NCBI RefSeq assembly: GCF_000315625.1
Contig: NW_005434564.1
Coordinates: 169,849 to 233,848 of the forward strand
Reading direction: 5' to 3'
Length of the DNA: 64,000 nt
Source: Guillardia theta CCMP2712
Taxonomy: Eukaryota > Protista > Cryptophyta
Part shown: piece after piece, positions 41,101 through 53,451 of the stretch
Layout: every line of letters begins with the position of its first letter
Numbering within the stretch: position 1 is the stretch's first letter
The notes under the pieces: generated by a model
Database searches by the model: none
Seen by the model: only the letters and a program-made list of their open reading frames with translations
What the model was told of the DNA's origin: nothing
Position numbers and translations under genes: made by a program

Positions 41101-43261
41101 CTGGGCATGTCGTTGAGCCGCTCCATCTCACCCTGTCCTCTCTCCAAGTTGTCGCTGCAGGACTTGCTCCTTCGTGTGCCCATCACTTCTGCTCTCGCGG
41201 ATTCGAGCTCAGCCAGGTCACTCATTGAAGAAAAGTTTGAGTCCAGGTCATCTTTCGAGGTCGACCTTGACATCGTTCCTAGAGCGTCTGAGGGGGAGGG
41301 AAGGTTCGAAGGGCCGGCACTCGCGATCTCTGCTCCGGCAAGCATCTTCTCTTGCTCCACAGGACTCTCCAACTTGACATCCACAAGCTCCTCGGCCACT
41401 ACATGCTCATCCTCCATGGCTGCGGGGTCCAGACCTGCAGGGTCCTCAATCTCCAGGCCGGCCAAGTCAAGCAGCTCCTCAGGAGTGTCGGTATCATCAG
41501 GGTCAAGGATGTCGTCGTCGTCGCCATCGCACTCGACATCCTGCTCGATCTCCTCGTCACTCACGTCCGAGACCGTGTCACGTTGCGTCCGGGAGAGGTT
41601 AGCGGAGCGATTGACTCGTGGAAGGGTCGAGGAGCTCCACTCGTTGGCGATCGCATTCATGTCTAGGTCGTCTTCATTCCTGGCATCGACAGGATCCAGC
41701 ATCGCCATCTCGTTCTCGAGCCCGTCAGGATCCACTTCGCCCTTGGGAGCTGCTGACGTCGCTTTCACCGCAGTCATCTCAAGCTCCGTGTCGTCGATCT
41801 CATCAAAACCGTTGCCATTGTCGTACTTGCCATCCGGTGAGCCCTTGTACCCTGACACGATGTGGCGAGCAAGGTCAAACAACTTCTCGCACGGAGCATC
41901 AGGAAAATGCAAGCTGTAAACGAGTCTGTCCAGTGTTGGACGAGTTTTGAGCCAGCGCGCCACATTCAGCAGCATCACTTCGGCGAGCACATCAGGGCCC
42001 GGCGGAAGAAACGGCTCTCGAGAGTTGCTTGCGATGCTGCGGGAGAGCGCAACAGAGACCCCAGCATTCTTCAACATGGGCCGGACACCGCTGACAGCCG
42101 GGGGAAGACCTCTTCGCGGCAAGGCCTCTGCATGCACGTCGTCGAGATACTTGATAGTATCAGGATTGTTCTCTGCATTCTCTGGAAAACAAAGGTCGTA
42201 GTTGAAGGTGTCGTCTACGACAGTCTTGTTCAGCAACTGTTTCGCCTCGGAAAATTCCCCCAGCACCTCAGATGTTAGCACCGTCCTTTGTAAACGATTG
42301 AGAACCATGTACGAACTCTTGAAAAGTTCTTGGGAGTCTGAATATCTACCTATCACGACAAACATAGCATCAATACCGCCGGCCCTCTTTAAGTTGTCCA
42401 TATATCTCTGTAGCATATTCTCAGTAATATCTTCTGAGACATGCCTCCTGACTATACATAACAAAAATTCTGTTGCAACCGCAACAAAACGCTTGTTGCC
42501 CACACGGGCATAGATAGCATTGACAACTGATTGCATTACTTGCAGAGTTCCTACGAAAGGAAGGGTTCCATCTGAGGACTTGGCCATGCAGATCATCAGT
42601 TGTACTCCCATGATCGCAGCTTCCATGTTTTCGGCACCGAAATACTTCGTCTCTTTGTCACTCAGTACTTGAACCACAAGTTGCACTCCCCCAGTCTTGG
42701 CCACTGCAACTGAATTTTGAGGGCTGGTGGTCAAGGAACAGAGGCATGTAAACCCCGCTTTCTGGAAAGAAATGCGCTTGATGTGCGAAGCCAGGAGAGA
42801 GACTATGGGAGGAAGACCCCCTTCCAGTCTGATGATGATGGCCACCCCTTTCAAACACTTGCAGAGGGTCGTGAGCGTCTCAAGGACTGCAAGCGAGACG
42901 GACTCATCCGAGGATCTAGATCTGATCAGCCCTAGGATTGCCTTGATCATCGGGGCCGCTGTCTTGCTTCCAGCCGCGATGAACTTGGGCGTCTTGGCAT
43001 AATGTGACGTGCGTCGAAGGGCCTTGACAATATCATCGGAGCTCGCATCCGAATCCACGAGGCAGGCTGCTTCTGACATCAGCTCTGATGAGTTTGTCTT
43101 TCGTGTTGGCACTACAACCCTCACTACGAGGGGGGCTCCACTGTTCACAGCGGCCCCTGAAGAAGAATTGCCTATGAAACAAGTCAAGCATCAGGTCAGA
43201 TCTTTGCTGTTGCAGACAAGTCCGATTGAAAAGTACCTGTGTTGAATTGTCTGCCTGACAT
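38155..43261 (-). CDS. Cytosolic carboxypeptidase (CCP1/Nna1/AGBL family, M14 tubulin deglutamylase) with N-terminal ARM repeats and an acidic linker
   Basis: [43 protein letters not shown] (Zn HxxE), [27 protein letters not shown]|HSRK and SYTLEMS (catalytic Glu). Start MSGRQFNT at 43261. Confidence 0.93.
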
Positions 43262-44603
43262 GGTCAGTCAAGCAAAGCAGATGCTTCAGACTTCTGGTCT
43301 CCGCCAAGTGCACAACGCAAGCACATGAAATAATCGGTTCATGCTCTGCTCACACAACCATTAGCACTGTGGGTAAGCAGACATGAACTTCTTCACGAAA
43401 GCAGAACTTACGTTCAAGAATTCTGCCTCGATACTTCAAGTATACTTGATTGAATTGAAGTCACGTTGACAGATCGAAGTAAGAACGTTCATTCCCACTG
43501 CAGTGCAAAGGATATATCAATCCTACTGCATATACACTTTTGCAGTAGGACGAAGGGATTGAGAGTTGCTTGTCGTCAAAGGAAAAAGGGGCGCGCAGAC
43601 AAGAGGTGCTTAGCAAAACTTTGATGAATGAGGAAATAATTTCGATCACGAGGAGGAGGAGGACAGTGAGTTGTGTGATCAGGTGTTGAAAACATCAGGC
43701 TGGAACGACTCAGAAGCAACCAGACGACAAAGATGAAATCTCAGCAGGGGTGGGCTCCAGATTGGGGAAGGGTGCAGAGCAAAGTAGGTAGGAATGAATG
43801 GTCAGGAGGGGACAGAACAAGGATGGAAAGGATGCAGGGAGGAAAGGGTGGTGGGGATAATAGAAGGAAACACGACAAGGGGACGAAAGGAGAGGGAGTT
43901 GGACAGCAATGGTGAACATGAAGGGAAGGTTGAAGAGGTAAGAACGGGATGAAGGAGGAGGAGGAGGAGGAGGAGAGGAGGAGGAGGAGAGAGTGAGGGC
44001 GAGTGTGGAGGGACATTCGCCTGCCTGTGGCCGCTATCTTGAAGTTAGCATTGGCGGGTCGGCTGCAGGTGGTCGTTTGAGTGGGGTGGTAACGGAAATA
44101 GGGGTACAATCGGTGATGGGTGGGGTATGGGGTGGTGATGTAAGAGGAAGGAAAGTCATATTGGTGGGTATTTATATAGTCTTAGTGATCTATATTTGAT
44201 GGTAGGGTAGTAAAATGTATGGTAGGGTATAGCATGTGAGAGGTGGTGGTATTACCAGTATCTATTGTTGTGGAATACATAGGGTGGGTGTGGTGAGAAA
44301 ATCCCTCATCCCCCCTCATGCCAAGCCTTCATCACTGAGCACTGCTCAGACCGTACTGAGCATCATCCTCACCCTGAGCATCATCACTGTCGGTCAGTGA
44401 TCATCAGCAGCATCAGATCATGGGCCCTAGTCACGTCACTGATGAGTCCCCCAGATCATCCGGCATGATCGGTGATCCCGGAGCCTCGGAGTCCCCAGCA
44501 TCATCCGATCATGAGGGCCGGCGCAGCCAACTCGGATCATCCGCCTAAGTTCCGAGTTGACCTTGCCCGGACTCCGTTATGACCGGAGCTGGGTGCATCC
44601 CGC

Positions 44604-45370
44604 CGGTATGCGTCTCATTCCTTCGGCGACGGCCACAGCGCGGCGATATCGCTGGCATGGCGCGGGGGAATTGTCCTGCCAGTGCGCACCGGCAGTCAGT
44701 AAGTGAAGGCATCAGTTAAGTTTGGGGGACAGCAGTTGGCCGGGCAGGAATACTGATAGGTTTCAAGTTCTCGCTGTCTTTTCTCGGAAGTTCCCGCCGT
44801 TTGGCCAGTGCGACAGTTGTCAGGGTCAATCCTCCTCTACTCTCCTGATGATTGTCCTCGTACTGATTTTTAACTTGACTTAACTTTGAGTAAAGAGCCA
44901 GGAAGATTTTCAAAGTCACTAAGTTCGTCAGCCGCGCCCGGAGCCGCCGCGGCTGGGCCGCCCGGCGCCCCCCCGGGCCGCGGTCATCCGGGAGAGTCCG
45001 GCGCGGGTGCTTCACTGACTCCCGTCACCCGTGCCACGTGACCGTGCCGCTGGCGGCCCGGCGGCGGCCGCCGCGTGACATCGCTGGCCGGGCCCCGGCC
45101 CGGCCCCGCCCGGGCATGGGCCGGGGGAACTTAGGCTTCCGAATTGTCCAGCGCGCAGTTAAGTGAAGGTATCAGTTAAGTTTGGGGGACAGCAGTCGGC
45201 AGGGCATTGGGGTTGGTTCTCGCTGTCTTTTCTCTTCTCGCCGTTCAACGGTTTGGCCTGTGCGACGGAGTGTCAGGGTCCGACGGGCCAAGCCTCCTCG
45301 ACTCAGGCTCCTGATTGTCCTCGTACTGATTTTTGACTTAACTTTGAGTAAAGTACTCGGCGGTATGCGC
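44604..45370 (+). repeat. Two diverged copies of a ~200-300 bp element (cores 44698-44895 and 45157-45353) with self-complementary ends
   Basis: Shared blocks AAGTGAAGGYATCAGTTAAGTTTGGGGGACAGCAGT, GTTCTCGCTGTCTTTTCTC, GTTTGGCCWGTGCGAC, TGTCAGGGTC, TGATTGTCCTCGTACTGATTTTT and GACTTAACTTTGAGTAAAG. Confidence 0.9.
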
Positions 45371-45735
45371 CTGCCACCCTCAGCACGCGCGGCAGTGCGC
45401 CGCGCCGACTCGGGGCGGCTCAGCGGCGGCTTGAAAGAAGTCTCAAAGTCGGCAGTGTGACTGGCGGTGACCGTCCGAGACGGTACGGTACGCCCCAGGC
45501 TGTGACCGACGGGGCCGGTTCACGGTTGGGCTCAGACTCAGGACTCACTGAGTTACGCCGTGCGGATCTCTTTTCAAGTTTTTTTTCGCCCCCGAGGAGT
45601 CGACGGACTGGTGACCCTGTGCTGCCAACCACCCCGGCGTGAAGGGTCGGCCAGGGGGGTAGTGAACCTGTCACAGTGTCTTGGTGAACCCTGTGACGTA
45701 TGGACAACTTGGCGACGGTTAAACTCTCTTCCGCA

Positions 45736-46440
45736 GATCGGTATCTCCACACATCTCAGCGCGATCTCGTCAGCCGCTGAGCACCACAAAGTATGCCGGC
45801 CCCTCTCCCCGTGCCCCTTCTCCCCCTGCTCCAATTTCGGCATTCATGTTGCCTTGCCCTCGCTCGAATACCCTGCCTGCCTTGCCCACTCCTTCACTTT
45901 CATTCCTTTTCTCGCATCGCTCGAACTACTGCCTTGGCAAATATTGACCCAACATGCACGTCCATGAATGCGCCATCGACTATCAGGATGTTTCGATTTC
46001 TTCAGACGAGGTCCCCACTGAAGTTGAGTTTGACCTCACAAGTGAGGAGTATTCTTTCCTGACCCAAACTGGTGGAGTCTTTGGATGTGCTTCATGCGAC
46101 TTCTGTGTGATGAACGGCAAAGACCATATTCGTTACAAGCAATTCGGGTGTCCTTGCAAATTGAAGCAGTTGACAGCACTATCTCACTCCATCTCGCTGA
46201 TATCTTCGAAGAAAACTCGACAGATTATTGGAGCCACGGGCTGTGTGCTTAATCTACAATCTGAATGAATACATGAAATGTCCGATCAAAAGTTTGCCAT
46301 TTTTTGATACATGGCGCTTCACAGAGAATTCAATCCTTCAGATTGTATACAAACTTGAAGTCTTTCAGGCCTCGAGATTCATGCCGGTGAAGTATTCGTC
46401 AGCTTCCTCAAGACGTGGTCACGCAGGATTCAAATTCTGA
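45736..46440 (+). CDS. Small multi-exon hypothetical protein (boundaries uncertain)
   Basis: Regularly spaced AG/GT boundaries give DEVPTEVEFDLT|HIRYKQFG|LLEPRAVCLIYNLNEYMKCPIK; no family recognised. Confidence 0.3.
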
Positions 46441-47629
46441 CTCAATGTGTCGGAGCGGTATGCGGCCGCTCAGATGACCAGCCGCTGAGCATCGTCCCGT
46501 TGTAGTATGGCCGTAGTACTGCCGTACTCCGAACTCGGTCCGGGAAGTCCGATCGGACGGGAAGTCCGACCGTACCGTACCGTACGGTACGGTCACGGTC
46601 CGATCTCGGTTACTGTGACAGAGTGATGCTTTCAGGCAGGCTCAGAGCCTGCGTTGGAACTTTGAAACAGTGAGACTCGGGCCCCGGGTCGGCCCCCGAT
46701 CGGACCGCCCGGCCGGTCCGATCCCGGCGATCAGTCACAGGCTGGCAGCCCCGGGTAACGACCGTACGCCGGCGCCCGGCCGCAGGCCGCGGGTCACCGG
46801 TGGGCTGTCACCGATCGGCCGCCCCCGACTGCGGCCCCCGGGCGGCTGACTCGGAGCCTATCGTGTGAGCCCGCCTGGCAGTAGGGCCGACAGACCGTGA
46901 AGTGACGAGGCCCTGAGGGGTCAACGAGAGAGGATGATGACCTTACAAGGGGGGTGGGGGTCATAGAAGTAGAACAGAAATGCGAGAGGTGGGGGTCATT
47001 TCTAGTAAAACGATGGGGTCCGAGTCCATGATGCCAGGGGGTTTGAAGAGTGAACCTTGAGGTGAAGGGTGGGGTCTGAGGAATCATGAAGTGATGGTGG
47101 AATAGTCCCTTGGGGGTAGGTAGGGGTGGTCTAAAGTGATAGGCTGAGACTGTACTTCTGGTAGTAATGCCATGAAGTGGAGGGGGTGGGGTCCGTTGAG
47201 GGAAGAAAAGTTTGAGTCGGTTTATGGGGTGGGTCCGTCTGCCGTCAGCGGCGCCGCGGCAGTCAAGCCGCTCTGGCATGATGGCGGGAAGCAGGAGGGG
47301 AAAGACGGGGGAGCAGGAGGGAGAGACGCGTCAGGACTGATGAGGAAGGAGCGGAGAGAAGACGAGAGCATGAGGGGATAGAGATGAGAGACAAACTAAA
47401 GTGGATATTCAGTGGGCAAGTACTGAATTGAATCGCTAACACTGTTTGATATCTCAAAGTTTTCCGACTTGTTCAGTTGAGTTCAAGAGGATAGGGGATT
47501 TTCGTGAGAGGCTAGCATTTCTCACACCGGCAAGGGTAAAGAAGAGACCACATCTTGATAACCGAACCTGCAAAGCTTTTGGCTGTCACTAACTGATAGA
47601 TTTGAAACCTTCTTGCACTTTCTGTTGCA

Positions 47630-48900
47630 GGCAAAGGTGGTGCGAAATGATTGTAACATTTTTTTATCAGCGATTATGGTAGAACATTCAGACAGAAAGA
47701 CTCTCCAGGACAAAAATTCCTTTGCAGAAACGGTTGGCAAAACCAAGCTTGAAAGCGTACAGAAGTTTCGCCGCAAGAAGATCCTAGACAAGAATCTGTT
47801 GAACGCTGTTTTATCCAACTTGGAAGTGAGGGCATCAGAAAATCTTTCAGAGAAGGGAACTGAGACAACGCATGGCAAGCCGCAACAATCCACTGATAAA
47901 GAGAGAGTCTCTTCGAAGTACACTCTCACGTATGCAAAATCGCTCTACGCCGTAGAAGAAATGAAGAATACCGTCGCAACGTCAAAAGAAAGAAAGCCTG
48001 CAGAAATGACGTTGAACGAAGGTGCCTTTGCAGACAGCATGCATCATTTTTGCGTTTTGAGGTGAAGATTCATTGATGGCATCCTCAGGTGTTTACCTAA
48101 AGAGCGAGCTTGATCTCAACAACATCGAAAGAGCTAAGTCATCTGTACTGAGTGAGCTCGCGACGTCAGGCGTTGAGCCGCCAGCTTCTCAGGTACGTCT
48201 CTGTTTGCCCAGAAGCCTCGCTGATCATTTGAATAAACTCTTCCCAAATCGTGTTCTTCCTGAAATACCACCATGTATGTTGTCCGGACTGATGACAATT
48301 TCAGATTCGTCCACATCGTGCGTGTAGACAAATTTCAGATGACAAGAAATATGCGATGTTTTTACAAGAGTCATGGGGGCAACCCAAACGAATCATTTAT
48401 GGTATTCTTCTTTTCATTACACACCAGACCTGGAATGATTCAACTTCATTTGTAGCACCTTCCAGGAAAAGGCAAAGGAACAATCAAATCTGTTCAGCAT
48501 CCGGTGCGGAATTGAATCTTGAGTCCTTCGATCAAACACTTCAAGACTGAATTTCCCTGACAGATGCACAAAGGGTTCAAACCAACTCTAGTCAGTTTAA
48601 GGCAGCGAGGAAATTCACTGGCGAGGTTCGAATCCCAAGCAAAATTTCTGTTTGATAGCTGCACCTTGCAGACCCGTGGATTTGGTGGAAAACAGTTCAG
48701 GCCTAGCACGAGCCGCAACAAGGACGAGGCCAACAGCCTTGAAGACCTCCACCATGCAGCCTCACTCCTCTTGCTGTCACGAGATAGGTGTCTCAATCAG
48801 CAGTCCGCTGCCAAGTAAGAAGTGTCACTTGCAATGTTGAGCGACCAACACGCTGACGGTCAACGTTTGTGCAGAAAAGGCAAACGAGCATGATGCAGTT
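47630..48900 (+). CDS. Hypothetical multi-exon protein (boundaries uncertain)
   Basis: Open segments (VEHSDRKTLQDKNSF..., YLKSELDLNNIERAKS..., APSRKRQR) separated by ~50-nt GT-AG intron-like stretches. Confidence 0.4.
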
Positions 48901-49070
48901 CACCTAAATCATAAACAAGGTCAAGCTCGACGCAAGCAGGCGGAACCACTCCAACTATTAGTCCATCTTGGTGTGCAACTCATGAGATCAAAACAAAGCT
49001 GTTTATTCAGTACATCAAAATACAAGTACAAGCACACAGAAAAAGTCCCACTTGCTCGTATTAACCCCTC

Positions 49071-50298
49071 CTACTCCACTCCCAAGGCCCTGCGCGAAAT
49101 CATTCCGAGCAGGTAATCGTCTAGCAGGCTCAAGTGCGAGTTGCCACCGAGTCGTGGGTGCTGACTCATCCATAATGCCAGATGGAAGCTACTAAAGTGA
49201 TCTATCGCCTGCTCCGCTTCCCTCCTACAACCTTCCGGCTCACCTCTCCCCGTCTCGCAGACCAACATGAGAGCCTGGACGACCCTGCTCCCCTTCACGT
49301 GGATCTGACTTTCCATGTTGCGACTCAACTCCACCACAGCCTGTAGTGCATACACAATGCTCCGATCCTGATGGAAGTACGGAGACTGATCCTTTTGCCA
49401 GGTTGACAAATACTCTGCCAACAAGAAGAGGATCCCCTTATCGATGAGAAGTCCAGCTGCCCTCTTGCTGGCCACCAGGCTTCTCAACGGGCACAGGATG
49501 CTGTAAGGTGCAAAGTGGATGCCCGACCACACTCTGCCCTCCAACGATGACTTGAACATCTTGACGATGCAGTCGAGGATCGCGTTGAAACTACCTTCCG
49601 GCAGCCTCTCCTCATCCACGCTTCCCACAAGGTTCAAGATGGCCAGGACCGCGCGAGCGTTCTGCATGGTGTTCACGTCGTCGCAGGCCTCCTGCAGGTC
49701 ATAGAGCACATCCACAAACCCGCCATCGATCAGGCTCTGTCGCGCCGCCTCGCACCGAGAGATGCAGTTGATAGCTCCCACCGCCACGGACCGGACCCTT
49801 CGTGGACCTGAAACCAAGGAGTTCTTGAGAGCATCCAGCAGTCCCTCACAGCTAACGATCTTGGGGCACACTCTCTCACAGAATGCGGCACAGTTGTTGA
49901 GGACCAGGGCCGCGTCCTCCTTCATCCTGTTGTGACCGTAGGACAGTAGCTCCACCAGGTTCTGTAGCGCCCCTTCAGTCTCGACGATGGCCTGCGCGTT
50001 CTCCTCGTTGCCGAAGGCGAGCTCTCCGAGTGCGCTGCATGAATAAATGCGCACATACCAGGAGGTAGACTTGAGGAGGTTGCACAACAAGGGTATCCCC
50101 CCGCGAACCCGAAACTGATCTTTGCGGAGAGCAGAGAAATGGTTCGAGGTGTGCGCATGCTCGAAGAGGGTCTCTACGGCGAGCACCACGTCCCTGATGT
50201 TCTCCGACTGCAACTATAACAGAGAAAGGTGAGGCATGCAGCAAGAGGGGGCAGAGCAATCTCACTTGCGCGATGTTGGAGTCCAAAAATCGATCCAT
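49071..50298 (-). CDS. Armadillo-repeat protein with a C-terminal 'M..HPRLG..S' motif
   Basis: ARM repeats GGIPLLCNLLKS..SCSALGELA..NAQAIV, GALQNLVELL..AALVLNNCA and GFVDVL. First exon MDRFLDSNIAQ|; C-terminal LALWMSQHPRLGGNSHLSLLDDYLLGMI. Confidence 0.8.
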
Positions 50299-51167
50299 GT
50301 TCTTTCCTTCGATTTAGTTCTGTCTCATTTCCTTCTACCTGCAGTTCCATGTCAACATCGCATTCTCGTCAAACAAACAAACGATCAGAGTGAGTGGGAA
50401 GATGGCAGTCATGGCAAATGAGCTCTGCTCGTTTCACTTCGTCTCCGCACATCTCACCACCCTGTGAGCCTACACCTCCCTGCTCCAAACACTCACACTC
50501 GCTCATCAATCCCTCTCTCTACCCTTTCATCCCATCCCTGGTCTCCTCATCGTACTGATAGTCAGTGCAAAGAACAACAGCTCATAACAACAGATAGTAC
50601 AAGAAGGACATGCTTTCGTTGTAAACTTGGTACTAACCTCCGCACAACTCAGTACGGCAAACACTGATGTAAAGGTCAATTTGCTGACAGTTATAAAATA
50701 ATGGGGTTCTTTGGAAATGATATGGGTGGGTCATCCCTCTGTTAAATTACAGGACCCGGTATTATAACTGAATCTACAGGGTAGGGTGTGACATTGAAGC
50801 TTTGTGGGTAGGGTACTTCAACCTAATAGAATTATAGAAATATTATTAAAATCATTTTGATAGCAACCCTAAAGGGCAAGAGTACTAATATGGGGGGGTG
50901 GGGGGTGGGACCGTTGGGGTACGGCGGAACAATCGCATCTAAAAATAGATTTTTAAAATATTAAAACCTTCTTGGTATAATAGTAGTTATTGATTTGATA
51001 GTCGCCAGGAGCCGGCGGGCCCGGCGGCCGCCGGCGGGCCCGGCCCGGTACTACCGTTGAGTGACTCCGAGTGAAAGAGTCACAAGTTGACTAAACTTAC
51101 AGTTGACTAAAACGTTTAATGGTCACCGGGTATCTCGCAGGGAAGCAAGCTTTTTAAATCGAGTGCC

Positions 51168-52358
51168 ATGCTGAGACCGGCCGACTACCTGCCATGGTCG
51201 CTGAGCGCGCTGGTGTTCGTCTGCCTCCTATGCTTCACCTTCCTCCACCATGACAGCCAGGCTCGCTTCCAGCGCCTCATGGAGGAGGCAACGGCCAAGT
51301 GCCTGCAAGCAAGAACAAGCGAGTACGAGCAGGTGGTGGGAGCATGGAGGCGAGCAGCGCAGAGAGTAGCGAGAGAGCAGGAGGCGACCCTAAATCAGAG
51401 CAAGGAACTGGTGAGAGATCTGATGAGTCTCAAGGAAGGGCGCCTGGTTCCATCCTCCTCGACCCCCCTACCTGCCGTGCCAAGCTCAGCAGCAGGTTTG
51501 TCAGCTGAGCGAGTGGAGACGTGCTTCCAGAAGGTTTGGTCGCAGATCGATCAGTTCGAGTCGATGATGAAGATCGAGAGGAGGTTCGCTACCTTGTGGC
51601 TCGCAAAGCAGATCCTGCTGCGGGGGCTGCGGGGCGATTTCATCGAGGCAGGGGTCGCCAACGGAGGAGGCGCGTGCATGATCCAGTCGCTCTTAAGCTG
51701 CGTGGGAGACCGTCGGGACTTTTACCTGGCGGACAGCTGGCAGGGGCTGCCAACTCCCTCGAAGACGAGCTTCAGCAAGGAGCCTTCGCAGTTTCGAGGA
51801 GGAGAGTTCTACGTGCCCTTCGCTCGCTTCGTCAAGGAGTGGGAGGGGTGGGAGAGGAACTGGACGCGGGAGGGGTTCGAGTGGCCCAGGCTCAACGGCG
51901 GTACCGCCAAGGTGCTCAAGGGAGAGTTTCAAGCTACTCTGCCTCGGCTGCGCGACGAGAACGTGAGCTTGAGCTACGTCAAGTGCGACGGTGACATGTA
52001 CTCGTCGACGTTCGAGTGCGTTCAGTTCTTGTATCCTAGGCTGGAGTGCGGGGGCTACATCTACTTCGATGACTACCATGAGTTTGGGGAGTGTCAACGA
52101 GCCGTGAAGGACTACTTGACGCAGACAAACCAGCAGGACGTGGCGGAGGACATGTTCTCTGTGCGTCAAGGCTTCGGGCTCGGCGTGTACGACAGGACGC
52201 TGACAAAAGCCAAGTACGAGGCGGTGTTTTGGCGGAAGGAGTGCGAGCGCAAGGAAGCGGGTAGGAGGAGGGAAGGGAGGAGGAGGCAGGTGTCAGCGGA
52301 GGTGGGCGAGCGGTCGGGCAAAGAGAGACAGAGATCGAGTCGTGGACAAGTGCCATAG
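51168..52358 (+). CDS. TylF/MycF/NovP-family SAM-dependent O-methyltransferase, intronless, with N-terminal membrane anchor and coiled coil
   Basis: GDFIEAGVANGG, DSWQGLP, KGEFQATLP, DGDMYSST and LYPRLECGGYIYFDDY; hydrophobic WSLSALVFVCLLCFTFL at the N-terminus. Confidence 0.9.
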   Translation: MLRPADYLPWSLSALVFVCLLCFTFLHHDSQARFQRLMEEATAKCLQARTSEYEQVVGAWRRAAQRVAREQEATLNQSKELVRDLMSLKEGRLVPSSSTPLPAVPSSAAGLSAERVETCFQKVWSQIDQFESMMKIERRFATLWLAKQILLRGLRGDFIEAGVANGGGACMIQSLLSCVGDRRDFYLADSWQGLPTPSKTSFSKEPSQFRGGEFYVPFARFVKEWEGWERNWTREGFEWPRLNGGTAKVLKGEFQATLPRLRDENVSLSYVKCDGDMYSSTFECVQFLYPRLECGGYIYFDDYHEFGECQRAVKDYLTQTNQQDVAEDMFSVRQGFGLGVYDRTLTKAKYEAVFWRKECERKEAGRRREGRRRQVSAEVGERSGKERQRSSRGQVP

Positions 52359-53451
52359 ATCAGCACCGGGAGCTGGGAGCGTGAGAAGATAGTGAAGCAA
52401 GTGATGGGAGCTCAACGGCTGCAATGAAGTCAGAAGGTTTTTTGAGATGTTCGTTTTTAGTTGTCTTGGAACAGTTGAACTTTCTGCTTCATCGATCGTT
52501 TCTTTAAAGACTCAGTTTGGTGCTGTTGGTTTTTGAACATTTTCAGACACGCTGCAAGTTTTTCAGAAATTATTTTTTGTCTTCATGAAGCATTTGAAAC
52601 ATTCGATTTGTCTGCTGAAAAGCAGATGAGAAGCATGATCAACACATGTTGTGATCTCCTCTCTTGTCAAATTGCCAAAGATGACAATGCCTCCTGTCTT
52701 TCGCTCTCGAGAATCCCAATCCTTGCTTGTTATCAAGTCTTTCATTCTCATCATCGCATCTTGCTTGTTCTTCTTCATACTCCCTTGTTGATCTTGTCAA
52801 CCTTTCAGGATTCTTCGTCTTTCTCATCAGTTTTTGCCTTTCCATTGTCCTCATGTCGTCATGCAACAGTTTTCTTCTCTTATCTCTCCCTTCTCTCCTC
52901 TTCCTTTCTCTGATCTGCTCCCTGCTCCCTGCTCCCTGCTCCCTGCTCTTAGCTGTCGTCGTTCTAGCGACGATCACATGCTACATGCTCAGGCACAGCA
53001 AGGCAGCAAGCATCAGCGAGCTTGCAAGGGGTGCTGACAGTAGCACTTCAGAAGTCGCAGTGGTGGTGGGGATGGTGATAGTAGATCAGCCTGTTTCTCT
53101 TTGGACACATCTCTTGAGAGATCTCAACATAGTCAAGGTCCCACGAGAGAGCTTTCACGTGACCGCGAGCTTGACAGCGTGTGAATGCAGGAATGAGGTT
53201 TCAAGCTTTGAAGTTTTAGAGATGAAGTTACTGAAGCTGCTGCTCTCTCAGCTTCACTGACCGTCGGCACATCAACTTGACTTGACAAGATCTTGTAGTG
53301 ACCCCCGACCTCCGCACGTCATTGTCTCTTGCTCAGGCGCCAACAGCCTCACGTGACAGCCTCTGAAGACCGTTACACGTCACTGAGTGTCCGAGACCGG
53401 CCCGGCCCGGGGCCTGACATGCCTCCCAGCCCTCACTGAGCCTTGTGCTGG

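Noticed and set aside
45157-45353. Possible tRNA, 5S rRNA or SRP RNA identity for the duplicated element
   Set aside because: No cloverleaf, A/B boxes, 5S signature or convincing SRP helix 8 could be recognised, so it is left unassigned.
52500-53340. Possible additional small genes on the minus strand (also 55617-56055)
   Set aside because: No consistent exon chain or recognisable motif could be supported.
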